Made by a program: the position numbers and the translations under genes
Assembly (NCBI GenBank): GCA_051294375.1
Contig: CM119270.1
Coordinates: 7,389,143-7,453,142, forward strand
Direction of reading: 5' to 3'
DNA length: 64,000 bases
Source of the DNA: Paraspadella gotoi
Lineage: Eukaryota > Animalia > Chaetognatha
Shown here: in pieces, positions 33,881-52,307 of the stretch
How positions within the stretch are numbered: the first letter of the stretch is position 1
Layout of the letters: the number at the start of each line of letters is the position of its first letter
Notes under the pieces: generated by a model
Told to the model about the DNA's origin: nothing
What the model saw: the letters and a program-made list of their open reading frames with translations, nothing else
Database searches by the model: none

Positions 33881-34284
33881 TCTCTCTCTAATCCCCACCC
33901 CCCCACGCCCTCCTCCCTCTCTTTCGCCAAATCGTGTCATCATGTAAATAAAGTACAAAAATATTTAGGGAAAAAAAAGGACAGGGGACGAGAGAGGGGG
34001 CGGAAAGGGGGCGGAGGATATGATGGAAAAATGATGAGATGATGATCCGAGATCTTCGTCGTCGTCGTTGTCGTCGTCGTCATCATCATCAGCGACAGGA
34101 GTGTGACACCATGAAGAGGCCAAAGTAAGAAGTTGATGACCCATCAAGAGTTTTTTTGACCTCAAATCTGATGAGAGGGACGAGGGAAGGATAGATGAGA
34201 GGGGGGGAAGGAAAAGATGAATGTTGAATGGGAATTCCCTCGAGGAGAAATCGGGAGATGAGAAGTTTAGAATAAAAGGTGGAA

Positions 34285-34468
34285 ATAGTATAAAAGGTGA
34301 AAATAGTATCAAAGTTATAGTATAAAAGGTGAAAATAATATAAAAGTTATAGTATAAAAGGTAGAAATAGTATAAAAGGTATATTATAAAAGGTGGAAAT
34401 AGTATAAAAGGTATATTATAAAGGGGAAAATAGTATAAAAGGTATAGTATAAAAGGTGGAAATAGTAT
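34285..34468. repeat. Minisatellite built from ATAGTATAAAAGGT(GGAA) units
   Basis: Alternating ~14 and ~18 bp imperfect tandem units. Confidence 0.85.
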
Positions 34469-35134
34469 TGGTGTAGAACGTAGATACGAGAGAGTAAAAT
34501 GAGAGAAGGGGGGAAAGTCAAAAATGTAAGTGGCTCAAAGGGTGAGGAAAAAGTTAGAAAGAAATTGAGTAGCGGAAAGAAAAACTGTCAGTAATTCTTT
34601 TATCTATATTGATTAAATGATAGATGATAATCTCTGGTGCCAACTCTGAGATGATAATTCGTTAATTTTCATGAATTGCCGATGATTTTTATAAGAAAAC
34701 ACAAACGATCTCAAAAATGTGAAACATATTTTCTATTATTGATTCTTTTCTGGAAGAAAACATCAATTTTTTGCATCGAAAAAGGGTTTCTTTTTCTCCC
34801 ACTTCTATTTCTGATTCTCTAAAGTATGTTCAATCGCGCGGATGAAGATATAAATCTTCGCTCGAAACATGGACGCAAAAATAAAAACCTCTTTCATTTA
34901 CAGAAACGAGTAAAAAACAACGAAACGAAAGGCAAACCACCACTAATTCTTTATAAAATGGTTTTATAAAATTGATCCCTTCGCTCAATGCAAATCGTCG
35001 CGACGATGAAAAACAAAAGACAAACGAATTTTAAATCTTGAATAAAGATAAAGTTGAAAGACTCATAAACACGAAAACCCACCCTACAACAGAAGTTACG
35101 CCCTACTGCCTCTCTCTCTCTCTTCTACTTTCTT

Positions 35135-35225
<91 letters not shown>

Positions 35226-35433
35226 ACCAGTTTTTCTTCTTTCAGACCCAAGGTTTTCTCGAATCCACGAAATTGTCGACTGACGAGATTTTCGGTTTTT
35301 CATTTTTCGAAATTCTACGATGTCACACACATATTGAGCGAGAGAGAGACACCCTCATATCCGTCCCTCCGGTTGGGGCAGAGCTGGGCGCGATGACGAC
35401 TGCGACGACGAAAAAGGCCACAACAAAGAACCG

Positions 35434-35487
35434 AACAATGTTAAGTTAACATTGTTAAGTTAACATTGTTAAGTTAACATTGTTAAC
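35434..35487. repeat. Short tandem array of a largely self-complementary 15-mer (GTTAAGTTAACATT-type)
   Basis: aacaatgttaagttaacattgttaagttaacattgttaagttaacattgttaac. Confidence 0.8.
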
Positions 35488-36100
35488 GGACGTCGACGAA
35501 AAGTTGAAACAAAGACGAAGAAGATTTTTTTGACAACCGCGATGATGAAGAAGAATAATAAAAAAAGACGACGACGAGTAGACAGCGACGACAATGACGA
35601 CATCGCAACAAGTTTGTCTCTCATCGAACTCAATGACTCTTATTATTTTCTCGAAAACTCTTTTTCAATTATACCTGGTTTTTTTGTAGTTTTAAATAAA
35701 TTCTATTTTCTGTATACAATTTTATTAAATTCAATTTGATCGTTTTCGATGTTGAGATTAATTTAGTTTTATACTTTACATTACTTTATCATTTAAATTT
35801 TTGACTTGATTCTTATTTTCCGTGGCTACTGGATGTTTTATTGATAAAAACTGGAAAATACTTCTTTGACTTAATTTTTTTTAAATTTATTTTTTAGCTT
35901 TATGTTTACCAATAAACGTGCAAAAAACGGAAATCTCGGTATTTAAGAAGTCCTTACAAATATTTAAATAAACTACATCAGTGGGTGTCTTCTCACGAGG
36001 TGATTTTTTTTTACCAAAAATAAATTTTCAATAAGTAATGTTACATGAATTAACGTTAAATAGTGTTGTATTTAGTCTTAAATTTACGTAAAAGAAATAA

Positions 36101-36379
36101 CATTCATCCCTCCATCCATCCACCCGTCCATCCATCCATCGATCCATCCGTCCATCATCATCCATCATCCATCCGTACACAGATCCATCCATCAATCAAT
36201 CCATCAATCATCGATTCATCCGTCCATCCATCCATCCATCCATCCATCCATCCATCCATCCATTCAGCCATCCATCCATCAATCATCCATCAAATCAATC
36301 AATCATTTCTTCATTACACGTATCCAATAGTATCCATTCATTCTTGCCTCCATCCATTCCTCCATCCATTCATCCATCC

Positions 36380-36453
<74 letters not shown>

Positions 36454-36510
36454 TCTTCATTACACGTATCCAATAGCATCCATTCATTCTTGCCTCCATC
36501 CATTCCTCCC
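36101..36510. repeat. (CCAT)n/(TCAA)n compound microsatellite with an internal ~70 bp duplication, directly upstream of TRP gene 1
   Basis: 'atttcttcattacacgtatccaatag..tccattcattcttgcctccatccattcctcc' occurs at ~36305 and ~36451. Confidence 0.85.
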
Positions 36511-36524
36511 GGTTTCAGATCAAG

Positions 36525-39500
36525 ATGCCCAAATTGAGGAAGAGGAAAACCCGGGAACGCCTCCGCGATCACGCGGACCTCAACATCTGCGGGAAGTTGA
36601 CGCCGAACGAGAAGATGCTTTTCGTGGAAGTCAGAGAGGGAGACACTGATCGGGCGATCGCGCTTTTGAAGAATCTCCAGGTCAGTTGGTTGGTGAAAGT
36701 AACAAGGTTAATAAAATGAACGAGAATTTACTTGAAAATATTCTTTTAAAAAAGTTATCTTGAGTTGCAGTGTGACCGCCTGTAACAGCCTATTTTTAAA
36801 TAGCAAACGGCCACATTATTAAGCTTAATCCGTTCGAACACTGCAGGAATAAAACTAATTGTACGTAAATCGGAGTACATCGCTCGTTTTATGTATGTCG
36901 GTAGTTTAACAATTAAAATGAAGCACACTTGTCTTTTTTACACAAGTCTCCGATAGATTTATTGTCTTTTTCCTTTTATTATTTTGTTAAATATGTTTAT
37001 TTATTTTATCTTTAACATTTTCTTGTTACTTACAGGAGAATTTAGACCTAGAAAAACGCGACTTCTACGGCCGAACGGTCCTCTCCTACGCAGTCATTCG
37101 CCAAAACGAAGAACTAGTGGATTTCATGACCGGAAGTCAATTTCCCGAAGAGCGCAAGCCCGTGTTTCTGGGCGATAGCCTCGCCTACGCCATCGAGGGG
37201 CGAAACTACAGCATCGCGGAAAAGCTGCTCACTTACGCCGAGGCCATGGACTGGCTGGAGCGTGACTACCAAGAGGCCGCCTTCAACAGCCACGTCTCGA
37301 CCAAAAAGTCCAAACAGAACTTCGAAAAGCGAGAGGCGACGTCCTGCTTCATCAGCACCGAATCCTTTGGCTTGGTTCAGCAAAATGTCAGCGTCAAGTT
37401 TACCGACGACGTTCTGCGGAATCCCATCATCAAGGCGAGCATCATTGATGATTATCCCATCATTCAGATGCTTTATGAAAAAGGGTTCCGGTACGTTGAA
37501 AGTTTAAAGTAACTAAAGAAATAAATGTAACCAAAAAATGGTGACAATTTTACCTAATTACTGTTTACTTTTTTTTTTTTTTGTTCAGAGTTGTCGTTGA
37601 TGGTCGCCCTGAAGACGAAAAGGCCATTGCCCGCTTAAATCGTTTCAAAGCCTATTGCAGCCCAGGTTATCTCAGTGTAAACGAATTGGACGCCATTGAG
37701 GTCTGTTTCAAGAAATCGGGCACCCTGGAATCTCTGGCTGAAAAAGATCCCGTTTACACTGTCGAATATGAGCAGTTGGCGGCACAGCTGCGCCACTATG
37801 CGGTCAACTTGTTAAACCAGTGTAGAGGGGACAAAGAAATCAAGCTGATTATGTCGAAATTTAATGAGAAATATGACGAAGAAAAAAAGACTGCCGATCC
37901 TGGGGTCTTCAGATTCCCCCGACTTGAAGAGGCTATCAAGTATGAGCAAAAAGAGTTCATAGCTCATCCTCACAGTCAAAAAGTCATCACAGAGATGTGG
38001 AGGACTCACGGCGGCACAGAAATGAGCTACATGAGACTTTTTCTAAATTTTATGCTGCAGATTCTTTTTGTTCCTTTGTCATCCATTTATCTCTTGTGCG
38101 TTGTTACTGATGATTGGTCTATCAGAAAAGTATATCCAAAAGAGAAACGAAAAGAGAATCTAAATGAAGTTGAGTCAAATACAACTGACAGTTCGCCTCC
38201 CAAAACAAGCCGTTGGGAGAAGTTTGAAAATATTTATCTGAAGAGTCCAATCTCCAGCTTTCTCCGATACTACGGAACGTATCTCATCTTTGTCATTCTG
38301 CTTGCTGTAGAGGTGCTTGAGCCAAATTTGACAAACGAGACAAGAAATTCATTGACTTATGGATGTAGCCTTGATGCTTTAGAGTACCTAATTATCATAT
38401 TTGTTGCAGGATACACGAAGCATATAATCACACTCATTTATCTTACCGGAGCTTCTTTTTTTACCAAATTTCAAAACATAACTTACCTTTTTTCGGTAGT
38501 TTTCTTTTTTCTCGCATATATTATTTGGGTTGTCGGATTTCTCATAACTTCAGCAACGTTTGCCTCTGACGGAGTTGATGTAAACTTGTGTCAGAAAAAT
38601 ACTATTCCTCGCTATCTTTACACCTCAAAACATACTTATGTTTTGGCCTCAGAAATCTGCTTCATGATTGCCGTTATTGGGTCATACCTGAAGGTTCTTG
38701 AAGTTTGTCACATTAATCGATATCTTGGTATTATGCAATACATTCTTTTCCAAACTTTTAAGGATGCAACATATATTTTATTCATGTTCCTACTTTTTAT
38801 CATTTGCTTCACTCTTGGACTTCAAATGATCTACTTCAATTACCAGAAAGATAACTGGAGAATAAAAATAAATGACCTGACCGGCCTCCCAGAATGTAAT
38901 AACATGCACGAAGAGTTCACTGATTTTCAAAAGACTCTAAAAACTCTATCTTGGGATCTTTTTGGTTATGGTCAAGCTTCATATGCAAACATTATGCAAC
39001 CCAACATTCGGGATACAAGTGGAAAACTTCTAGAGCCACAAAAGATGGACGAGATGCGATTGTTGTTATGCAATCCACAGTTAACTAAGATCGAGTGGCA
39101 TAAAATCTCAAAAGAAAATAACATAAGCATGACGTTCGAAAGTAATTTCGAATTGGCAACAGAGTTTTTTGGCTACCTCGTTGACTTTTTATATCACGGT
39201 ATTGTCATTATTCTCTTGCTAAATTTGCTCGTTGCCAAAATGAGTCAGACCTACGTAAACATTTTTAAAAATGCCGACAAAGAGTGGAAATTTCAGCGCA
39301 CGATTTACTTAGCCAGATTTATGGATTACTCTGAGTACGTGCCTCCACCATTCAACCTCCTTCCTCGTCTCCATTTACTACTCGAACTGGCGGGAAAATT
39401 TAAACATGTATTTAAGCATTTGACAAAGCGTCACTTAAAAACAGAAAAAAAGACGCCTATAAACCACGAATATCACGAATTTGAAGACATACTCCATCAC

Positions 39501-39653
39501 CGACTTATTCACAAACAGTTGGAAGAAAGGTCGGCAAATGCTGAAGTTCTCGAGCTTTCCAAGGAATTAGTGCAGGACACTAACGCTATGCTGTGCAAGA
39601 TCAAAGAGTTGAAGGATTTGACTTTATATTCCTCGCTGGATCTCGTTGATTAA
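36525..39653 (+). CDS. TRPC-like cation channel paralog 1 (~891 aa); exons 36525-36680, 37036-37490, 37589-39653
   Basis: Ankyrin-like repeats (DFYGRTVLSYAV; GDSLAYAIEGRN), TRPC linker (RLNRFKAYCSPGYLS; RLEEAIKYEQKEFIAHPHSQ), six hydrophobic segments, pore LSWDLFG, S6 LLNLLVAKMS, TRP box EWKFQR and PPPFNLLP. Confidence 0.93.
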
Positions 39654-40072
39654 AAAAAAAGAAAAACTTAAACTTTTGGTGGTTAAACATCAAAATATTC
39701 ATCAAGATGCTTTTTTCCCTAAATATTTCATTTAAATTATGTTTTTAGTATAATTTTTAATAATATGTCAAAAAGTAAACAATAAAATAAAATATATGTC
39801 ATACTATTTTGAAGCTATAACATGAATTAATATTGTCAAATTTCCCTGTTTTCAATTGATCCTTTGAACAAATACATAAACAGCTTGAACAGCTTAAACG
39901 TGCAACAAAGCAAAACACAAAGTTTTATTCGCTTCGGTCAATGTGTGCCAAATTTTTCAATTTTTTAAAACCTTTTGTCCCGGCTGGTGCTATTTGTGCG
40001 ATTTACAATATTTTTTTCTGCCATGTAAATTATTTGTCTACTTTTTTTTGCCCAAGTTTCTCATACATAAAG

Positions 40073-43000
40073 ATGACAAAACTGAAAAAAAGAAAAACGC
40101 GGGATAAAACCCGAGACCATGCTGACCTCAATCTCAGCGAAAAGTTGAGCTCAGCGGAGAAGATGTTGTTCGTGGAAGTGAGAGAAGGAGACACCGACAG
40201 GGCAATCGCACTTTTAAAGGATCTCAAGGTTAGTAAAAATTACTGAAAAAAAAAATGTACGTGTATGCAAAAAATAAACTAAATTTAAACCAAGTAATAT
40301 TACGTTTTTACTTTAGGAAAACTATGACCTGGAAAAGCGAGACTTCTACGGTCGGACGATCCTCTCCTACGCAGTCCTCCGCCAAAACGAGGAACTCATC
40401 GACTTTATGACCGGAAAAGAATTTCCCGAAGAACGGAAACCAGTCTACATCGGTGACAGCCTCGCCTACGCGATCGAGGGACGGAACTACAGCATTGCCG
40501 AGAAACTCGTTAAATATGCGGAGTCTATGGATTGGCTCGAGCATTCCGACAAGGAGACGGCTTTCAACAATAACGCCTCCTCCAAGTCCGTTAGCAAATC
40601 CAAGAAAAACCTTGAGAGAGTGGAGACAACGTATTGCTTCATGCGTCCGCAGTCGTTTGGGCTGATTCAGCATAACGTCAGCGTCAAGTTTACCGATGAT
40701 GTTCTGAGGAATCCTATTATTAAAGCCAGCATTATCGATGATTATCCTATCATTCAAATGCTGTATGAGAAGGATTTCAGGTAAATGTTGAGCCATTCGG
40801 TATTAGTTAATTGAATTAAAAAGTATATTATTTCATAGCGGTTTAGTCCATATTATTATTTTTTTTTTTTTTTTAAGAAATTGTTATGAAATTGGTACAA
40901 CCAATATAAAAATTATCTATTCATTTAATAAATAAGCTATCTTGCCCATGACATTGGACAGGCTTTGGTGGTTTAAGGCCTCCATCACTCTTACAAGATA
41001 ATTGCATAGCAGGTCCCTGCAAGCTTTCAATCAAGACTCTCTCACAGTCTCGTTTATTCACTCCCAGAGTTATTTTACCTTATAAAATTTCTTTTATTTT
41101 TATTTTTTGACAAGGGCATCGAGAACACTATTAAGATTAAGTAAAAATATTATTAAAATTGTTAAAATATAACTAAAATAAAAAAATGATTTTTGGCTTT
41201 AAGACCATAGTGTTTTATTTTAAATAATTCAGGGTAATTGTGGATGGTCAACCTCAAGATGAAAAGCCAATAGCTCGCCTCAACCGTTTTAAAGCATACT
41301 GCAGCCCTGGATACCTCAGCCTCAACGAATTGGACGCCATCGAAGTTTGCTTCAAAAACTCAGGTGTGTTAGAATCACTGGCAGAAAAGGATTCCGTCTA
41401 CACTGCCGACTATCAACAGTTAGCGAGCAAACTTCGAAACTACGCGGTGAACTTGCTCAATCAGTGCCGGGATGACAGGGAGATCAAAATGATCATGAGT
41501 AAGTTTAATGAAAAACAAGATGAAGAAAAAACAGCGGATCTCGGAGTTTATAAGTATCCCAGACTCGAGCAGGCCATCAAGTATGAGCAAAAAGAATTCA
41601 TCGCGCACCCGCATTGCCAAAAGGTGATAAATGAGATGTGGAGCAGCCTGGGTGACATCGGATACGGCTACAAGAGTCTCTTTTTCACTTTCGCGCTGCA
41701 AACGTTACTTGTTCCTTTTACCTCTATCTACCTGCTGTGCGTAGTCACCAAGCAATGGTCAATTAGAAAGGTGTATCCACAGGATGAACTCCGGAAATCC
41801 AAGAGTAACGGCACAGTCAACGAGATTGAATCCATGACCGAAGTCAGCGTTTCAATCAAAAAAAGTAAATGGGAAAAGTTTAAGGATCTTTATTTGAAAA
41901 GCCCGCTTTCCTGTTCTCTCAGATACTACGGAACGTACCTCATATACGTCTGTCTCTTAGCCGCCGAGGTCCTCAAACCAAACGTGACAAAAGTGAGAAG
42001 AAACATGTTGACTTATGGTTGCAGCTTGGATAAGCTGGAAGTCGTAATTTTGATATTCGTGATAGGGTACATGGAGCATGTGGCGTCGAGCATTTACGTC
42101 ACGGGAAAGAGGTTTTTCACCAAATTTCAAAACATCACCTACATGGTTTCCGTTTTTTGCGCTTTTCTTGCGTATGTGATCTGGGGAATCGGTTTCCTTC
42201 TCACCCGAAAATCTTTCGGCGAAGAAGACGTGGATGAAAATCTCTGCCAACAAAAGACCATTCCTCGCTATCGCTGGACCGCCAAACAGGATTACATTTT
42301 AGCATCGGAGATATGCTTCATGTTGGCTGTAATCGGTGCCTATCTCAAAGTACTGGAAGTATTCCAGATAAATCGTTACTTGGGCATCATGCAGTACATT
42401 CTGTTTCAAACATTCAGAGATGCCTTGTACATCTTGTTCATGTTCTTCCTGTTCATCATCTGCTTCACCCTGGGTCTCCAGATGATTTACTTCAACTACC
42501 AGAAGGACAACTGGCAAATCAAAATCGGTGACGTCTCTGGTCTTCCCGAATGTCAGAACATGCAAGAAGAGTTTTTCAGTTTCAAGAAGACAATCAAGAC
42601 TTTATCATGGGATCTTTTCGGCTACGGCGACACCTCCTATGCCCGAATCATGCAGCCAAACATAAGAGATATCAACAAGAAACTTCTTCCACCGGGCAAG
42701 ATGAACGAGGTGCGCCCGCTGCTCTGTAATCCTCAGTTGACCAGAAAAGATTGGGAAAACATTACGGCGACTTACAACCTGAGCACGGAATTCGAACCCA
42801 ACCTGGCCGACGCGACGGAGTTCTTTGGCTACACTGTAGACTTTGTCTACCACTGCATCGCCATCATCCTTCTCCTCAACCTACTCGTCGCGAAAATGAG
42901 TCAGACTTATTCGGAGATCTTCGACAACGCGGACAAAGAGTGGAAGTTTCAGCGGACCATCTACTTGACCAGATTCATGGACTATTCCGAATACATTCCG

Positions 43001-43321
43001 CCGCCTTTCAACATCATCCCACGACTTCATTTTTTCGTGGAATTCGTCGAGAGCATCATTTTCAAGTGCTCCGAATTGACCAACCGCAGCGGAGGCTCTG
43101 ACCTAGACAATGGGCCCACTGCTCCCGTCAACCAAGAGTATTACGACTTTGAGGACATGCTGCATCACCGCCTGCTGCACAAGCAACTGGAGGAGAGATC
43201 AGAGAGCGCGGAGGTGCTTGACCTCTCCAAGGAGTTGGTACAAGATACAAACTCGATGCTGACGAAGATTAAGGAGTTGAAAGATGTGACGGATGGATGC
43301 TCCGAAGATCTGGTCGACTGA
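40073..43321 (+). CDS. TRPC-like cation channel paralog 2 (~902 aa); exons 40073-40228, 40317-40780, 41233-43321
   Basis: Same motifs and intron positions as paralog 1. Many synonymous and amino-acid differences with intact frames indicate a real paralog. Confidence 0.93.
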
Positions 43322-44032
43322 AAAAAATCGCTTTCTTTCTCAACTGTAATTTTAACAAAATATAGCATCGGCACAGGTTTAAAATGTATTTTTTAAACTT
43401 TACTTTAATGGTTTGATTCTTGAATTTTGTAGGATGACAGTCTAGTTTTTCTTTTTTAAATGTTAACAAATTACTAGATAAATAAAAAAAATGAAAAAAA
43501 TAAAAATACTAAAACTAAAAGAAGTTAAAGAGTAAAAAGTAAAAAGTAAAAGAAGGAATTTTAAATTGAAAATAATTTATCTTAAAAACAACAAACGAAA
43601 AGAAAATGAGAAACATAAATGTGAATAATATACTTTTGGGCTTGGAGGTTTTTTCTCTGAGCTATCATTTTTTACTCCCGAATTCGATAAATGTATTTAC
43701 TTGATTTGAAAGTATACTGCATTTCGCGAGCTGTCTGTAGTATGAGATTTTTTCCTTAAATGAGATGGTGCAAAAGCAAAATTATTTCGAAAGTAATGTG
43801 TATTAACGAATACAATACATAATTGAATTACATATCAAATTTATTGTTTGTATGTTTTCTTTTGAACCGTTTTTGGTGACGAATTTTTCTGTTGATTATT
43901 CATGCATCATTATAAATACATTTTTTTAAATAATTCTTTCATTTACACTTCTGAAAAAAATAACCATCGACCAAGTGTCAAAATTAAATAACGAATTAGA
44001 TTAGCGCGAGGGATGTCGCCAGGGACGAGTCG

Positions 44033-44075
<43 letters not shown>

Positions 44076-44559
44076 TGTCGTCTTTTTTGTTGTCGTCGAT
44101 GACGTCCTCTTCGTCGTCCTCTTCGTCGTCGTCGTCATCGTCGTTGACGTCGGCCTGGGCGTGATGTATGCAAGATTCGGGGGATCTAATGGTCACCTAG
44201 ACTGAAGCGCGGGGACTCCGCGGGGATCATTAATACGTCATCACGATGGTAGTGGGGGGAAGGGGCGCGTGGGGAGAGGCGGGGATTTGGTCAAAGAGTG
44301 TGGGGAGAGAATGTGAAGTGGGGGAAGTGTGTTGGGGGGTAGAAGAAGATTTGGAGACAGAAAATATATAAAAAGATAGAAATTAAACAAAAAATGTTTA
44401 TTGTGGTCACTAAATGGTATTTTATTGCTGGACGAAAATTGGCGAGGAAAATTTGTAAGTTGACCGTAAATAAAATATAGAGTCCAGTTAAATAGAACTT
44501 AAGTTTTTTGGACGCATGAAAAAGCTTGACCAGAAACGTAAATAGGCAAAAGACTAAGA

Positions 44560-44740
44560 GAATAAGAGAAAAGAGAAAAAGAAAGAGGAGAGAAAGAAAG
44601 AAAGAAGAAAGAAAAAGAAGAAAAAAAAGAAAGAAAGAAGAAAGAAAGAAGAGAAGAAAGAAAGAAGAAAGAAAGAAAAGAAAGAAAAAAAAAAGAAGAA
44701 AGAAGAAAGAAAGAAAGAAAAAGAAAGAAAGAAGAAAGGA

Positions 44741-44776
<36 letters not shown>

Positions 44777-44842
44777 GAATCAAGCGTGAATGTGGGAGAG
44801 AAAAAAAGGTCATCAACCATCGATCATTTCGCAAAAGGAGGT

Positions 44843-44925
<83 letters not shown>

Positions 44926-45058
44926 AGAGAACGAGAGAGAGAGAGAGAGAGTTTATTCCTGCATATTGTCCTCCTCTCCTCCCACATTTCTGTTCGTTAT
45001 GTTTCGCGCTTGACCTGTGGTTGACCTCTCCTGGAGAAAACTTCGCGCTCGCGAGGAT

Positions 45059-45109
<51 letters not shown>

Positions 45110-45130
45110 CTCGTCGTCGTCGTTGTTGTC
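44560..45130. repeat. Simple-repeat cluster (GAAA)n, (GA)n, (TCG)n; representative of many GA/CT, TAT, TAAA, GAAT and TTTC tracts across the window
   Basis: Directly visible. Other tracts at ~1180-1290, 7770-7915, 11380-11520, 25605-25700, 32580-32680, 48760-48910, 49805-49945, 55195-55290 and 58830-58965. Confidence 0.95.
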
Positions 45131-46923
45131 TTCCTTTTCATTCTTTATCCATTTCATCGCTTCCTAAGATAGCTTTTATTTTATAATTAATAATTATCTC
45201 AGGGCACGTAATCAATATAATCATTCCGATCCTGAATATCATCATCATTATTAAGATCATCATCATCATCATCATCAGCATCATCATCATCCTCCTGTCA
45301 TTGCGAGAAAAAAAAATTGTCTTCGTTGTCATCGTCGTCATCATCATCGTCATTGACCAGGACTGGTCATCATTTCATATCTTCATTCTTTGTTGTCCCA
45401 TTTTTTCTTTTCCGAGTTTTTCTTAATTTTTTTCCCCCTTTTTTTCCTTTTTTTTCCTTTTTTTTCCTCTTATTTTCTTTCTTTCTTCCTTTTTTTTATT
45501 TTACTTGGTCATCATCATTTCATGTCTTTATTCTTCCTCGTCAACTGTTTTCTCTCCCCTAATATCCTGTCCTTTTTTTAATTTTTCTTTCTTTTTTCAT
45601 TTCCTTCTTTTTTAATGTGTTTTTTTTTATTTCTTGATTTTCCTACTATTTTTATGTCGGTCAACAATTGGCACTCTGCAGTCTGCACTATCTTTATAGT
45701 TCTTAATATTCCCTTTCTTTTCTTATTTCTTCTTCCATTTGTTCCTCCTATTTTTCTTTCTTCTTTATTTTCTCCTCCGGCTTTTCTTTCTTAGCCTTTT
45801 CCTCCTCTTCCTCCTCCTCTTCCTCCTCCTCCTCCTCTTCCCCGCCATCTTCCGTCGACGTCGGGACGAAAAACTTTTTGCGACGAAAGAAGGAGAGAAG
45901 GATCACACTGTGATTCACAGATGGAGAGAATGATTTGACATTTAGGTTAAATCATTTTCCAGTTAAGATAAAGAAATTATTTCGGGAATTAGCGTTGAAT
46001 GTCAATTTCAAAATGTTGATTGAAATCAAAAACTCGATAACAGTGAAGTAGAAATATAAATAAAATGGAAAAACAAAGAAACACAAAGAAACAAAGAAAC
46101 AAAGAATACGAAGGTGAATAAAGAACGAATTTGAAGAGAGAAGTAATTAGAAGCGATAGTGAAGAGGGTTTTGGAAAATCATAATTGGGCATTTCGTCGT
46201 AATAAGTCCGTAATATGATATTTAAAAATTTCAATTTATGAATTAACTATTGATTAACTATTAACTATTAAGCTTTGATCAACATCAGGGAGAGCCCACA
46301 CCCAGCAATTGAGTGATATTTACATTAATATCGTCTCACACAAAATATCGAAAGCTCATTCCTTCGTTTTCTCGTCATTCTTCTCTTCCTCCTCCTCTCG
46401 TCTCATGATCGGGTAAGTCTCATCGAAAATATGGGTAAACGACGACGACGACGACCACGACGACGACGACGACGACGATGACGACGACTTTGACTCTGCC
46501 CCGTTTATGGTGATCGGTGTTGATCCTCTGCCCGTTAAAAGTCGTTATCGCTTCTCCCTCTCACATTTTGTCTCGCTCGCTCTCTCGCTCTCTGTCTTAC
46601 TCTCCGTCTCCATCTTTCTTTCTTTTTCTGTGACGAAATGATCATAAGTTTCCGTCGTTGAGAGAAAAGGTAGAGAGGAAATCACCCTTTAACAAAATAC
46701 TCTTTTGTCCTCGTTAATTAATTTTGTCAATGTTAACGTCGTTGCGAAAATAAATAAACAAATAATCACACTATCGAGTTTAAAAAAAAAACTAAAATTT
46801 TTTTTCTCACAAAAGTCAGCACTCTCTCATATTCATTTTTCACGCTTTTAACATCCAAACTCACGACTCCAGCCCACTTTAAACCCACACCTTCGCCCAC
46901 ACGCCCGCACGGCCACCGTCGCC

Positions 46924-52307
<5,384 letters not shown>

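Noticed and set aside
34285-34468. Regularly repeated units considered as a CRISPR-like array (also 57410-57590)
   Set aside because: No unique spacers, no cas genes and a eukaryotic context; ordinary minisatellites.
35580-35630. Similar peptides DDIATSLSLI (+) and DSSLATSLALI (-, ~44000) flanking the TRP pair
   Set aside because: Short low-complexity match with little nucleotide identity beyond (GAC)n; likely chance.
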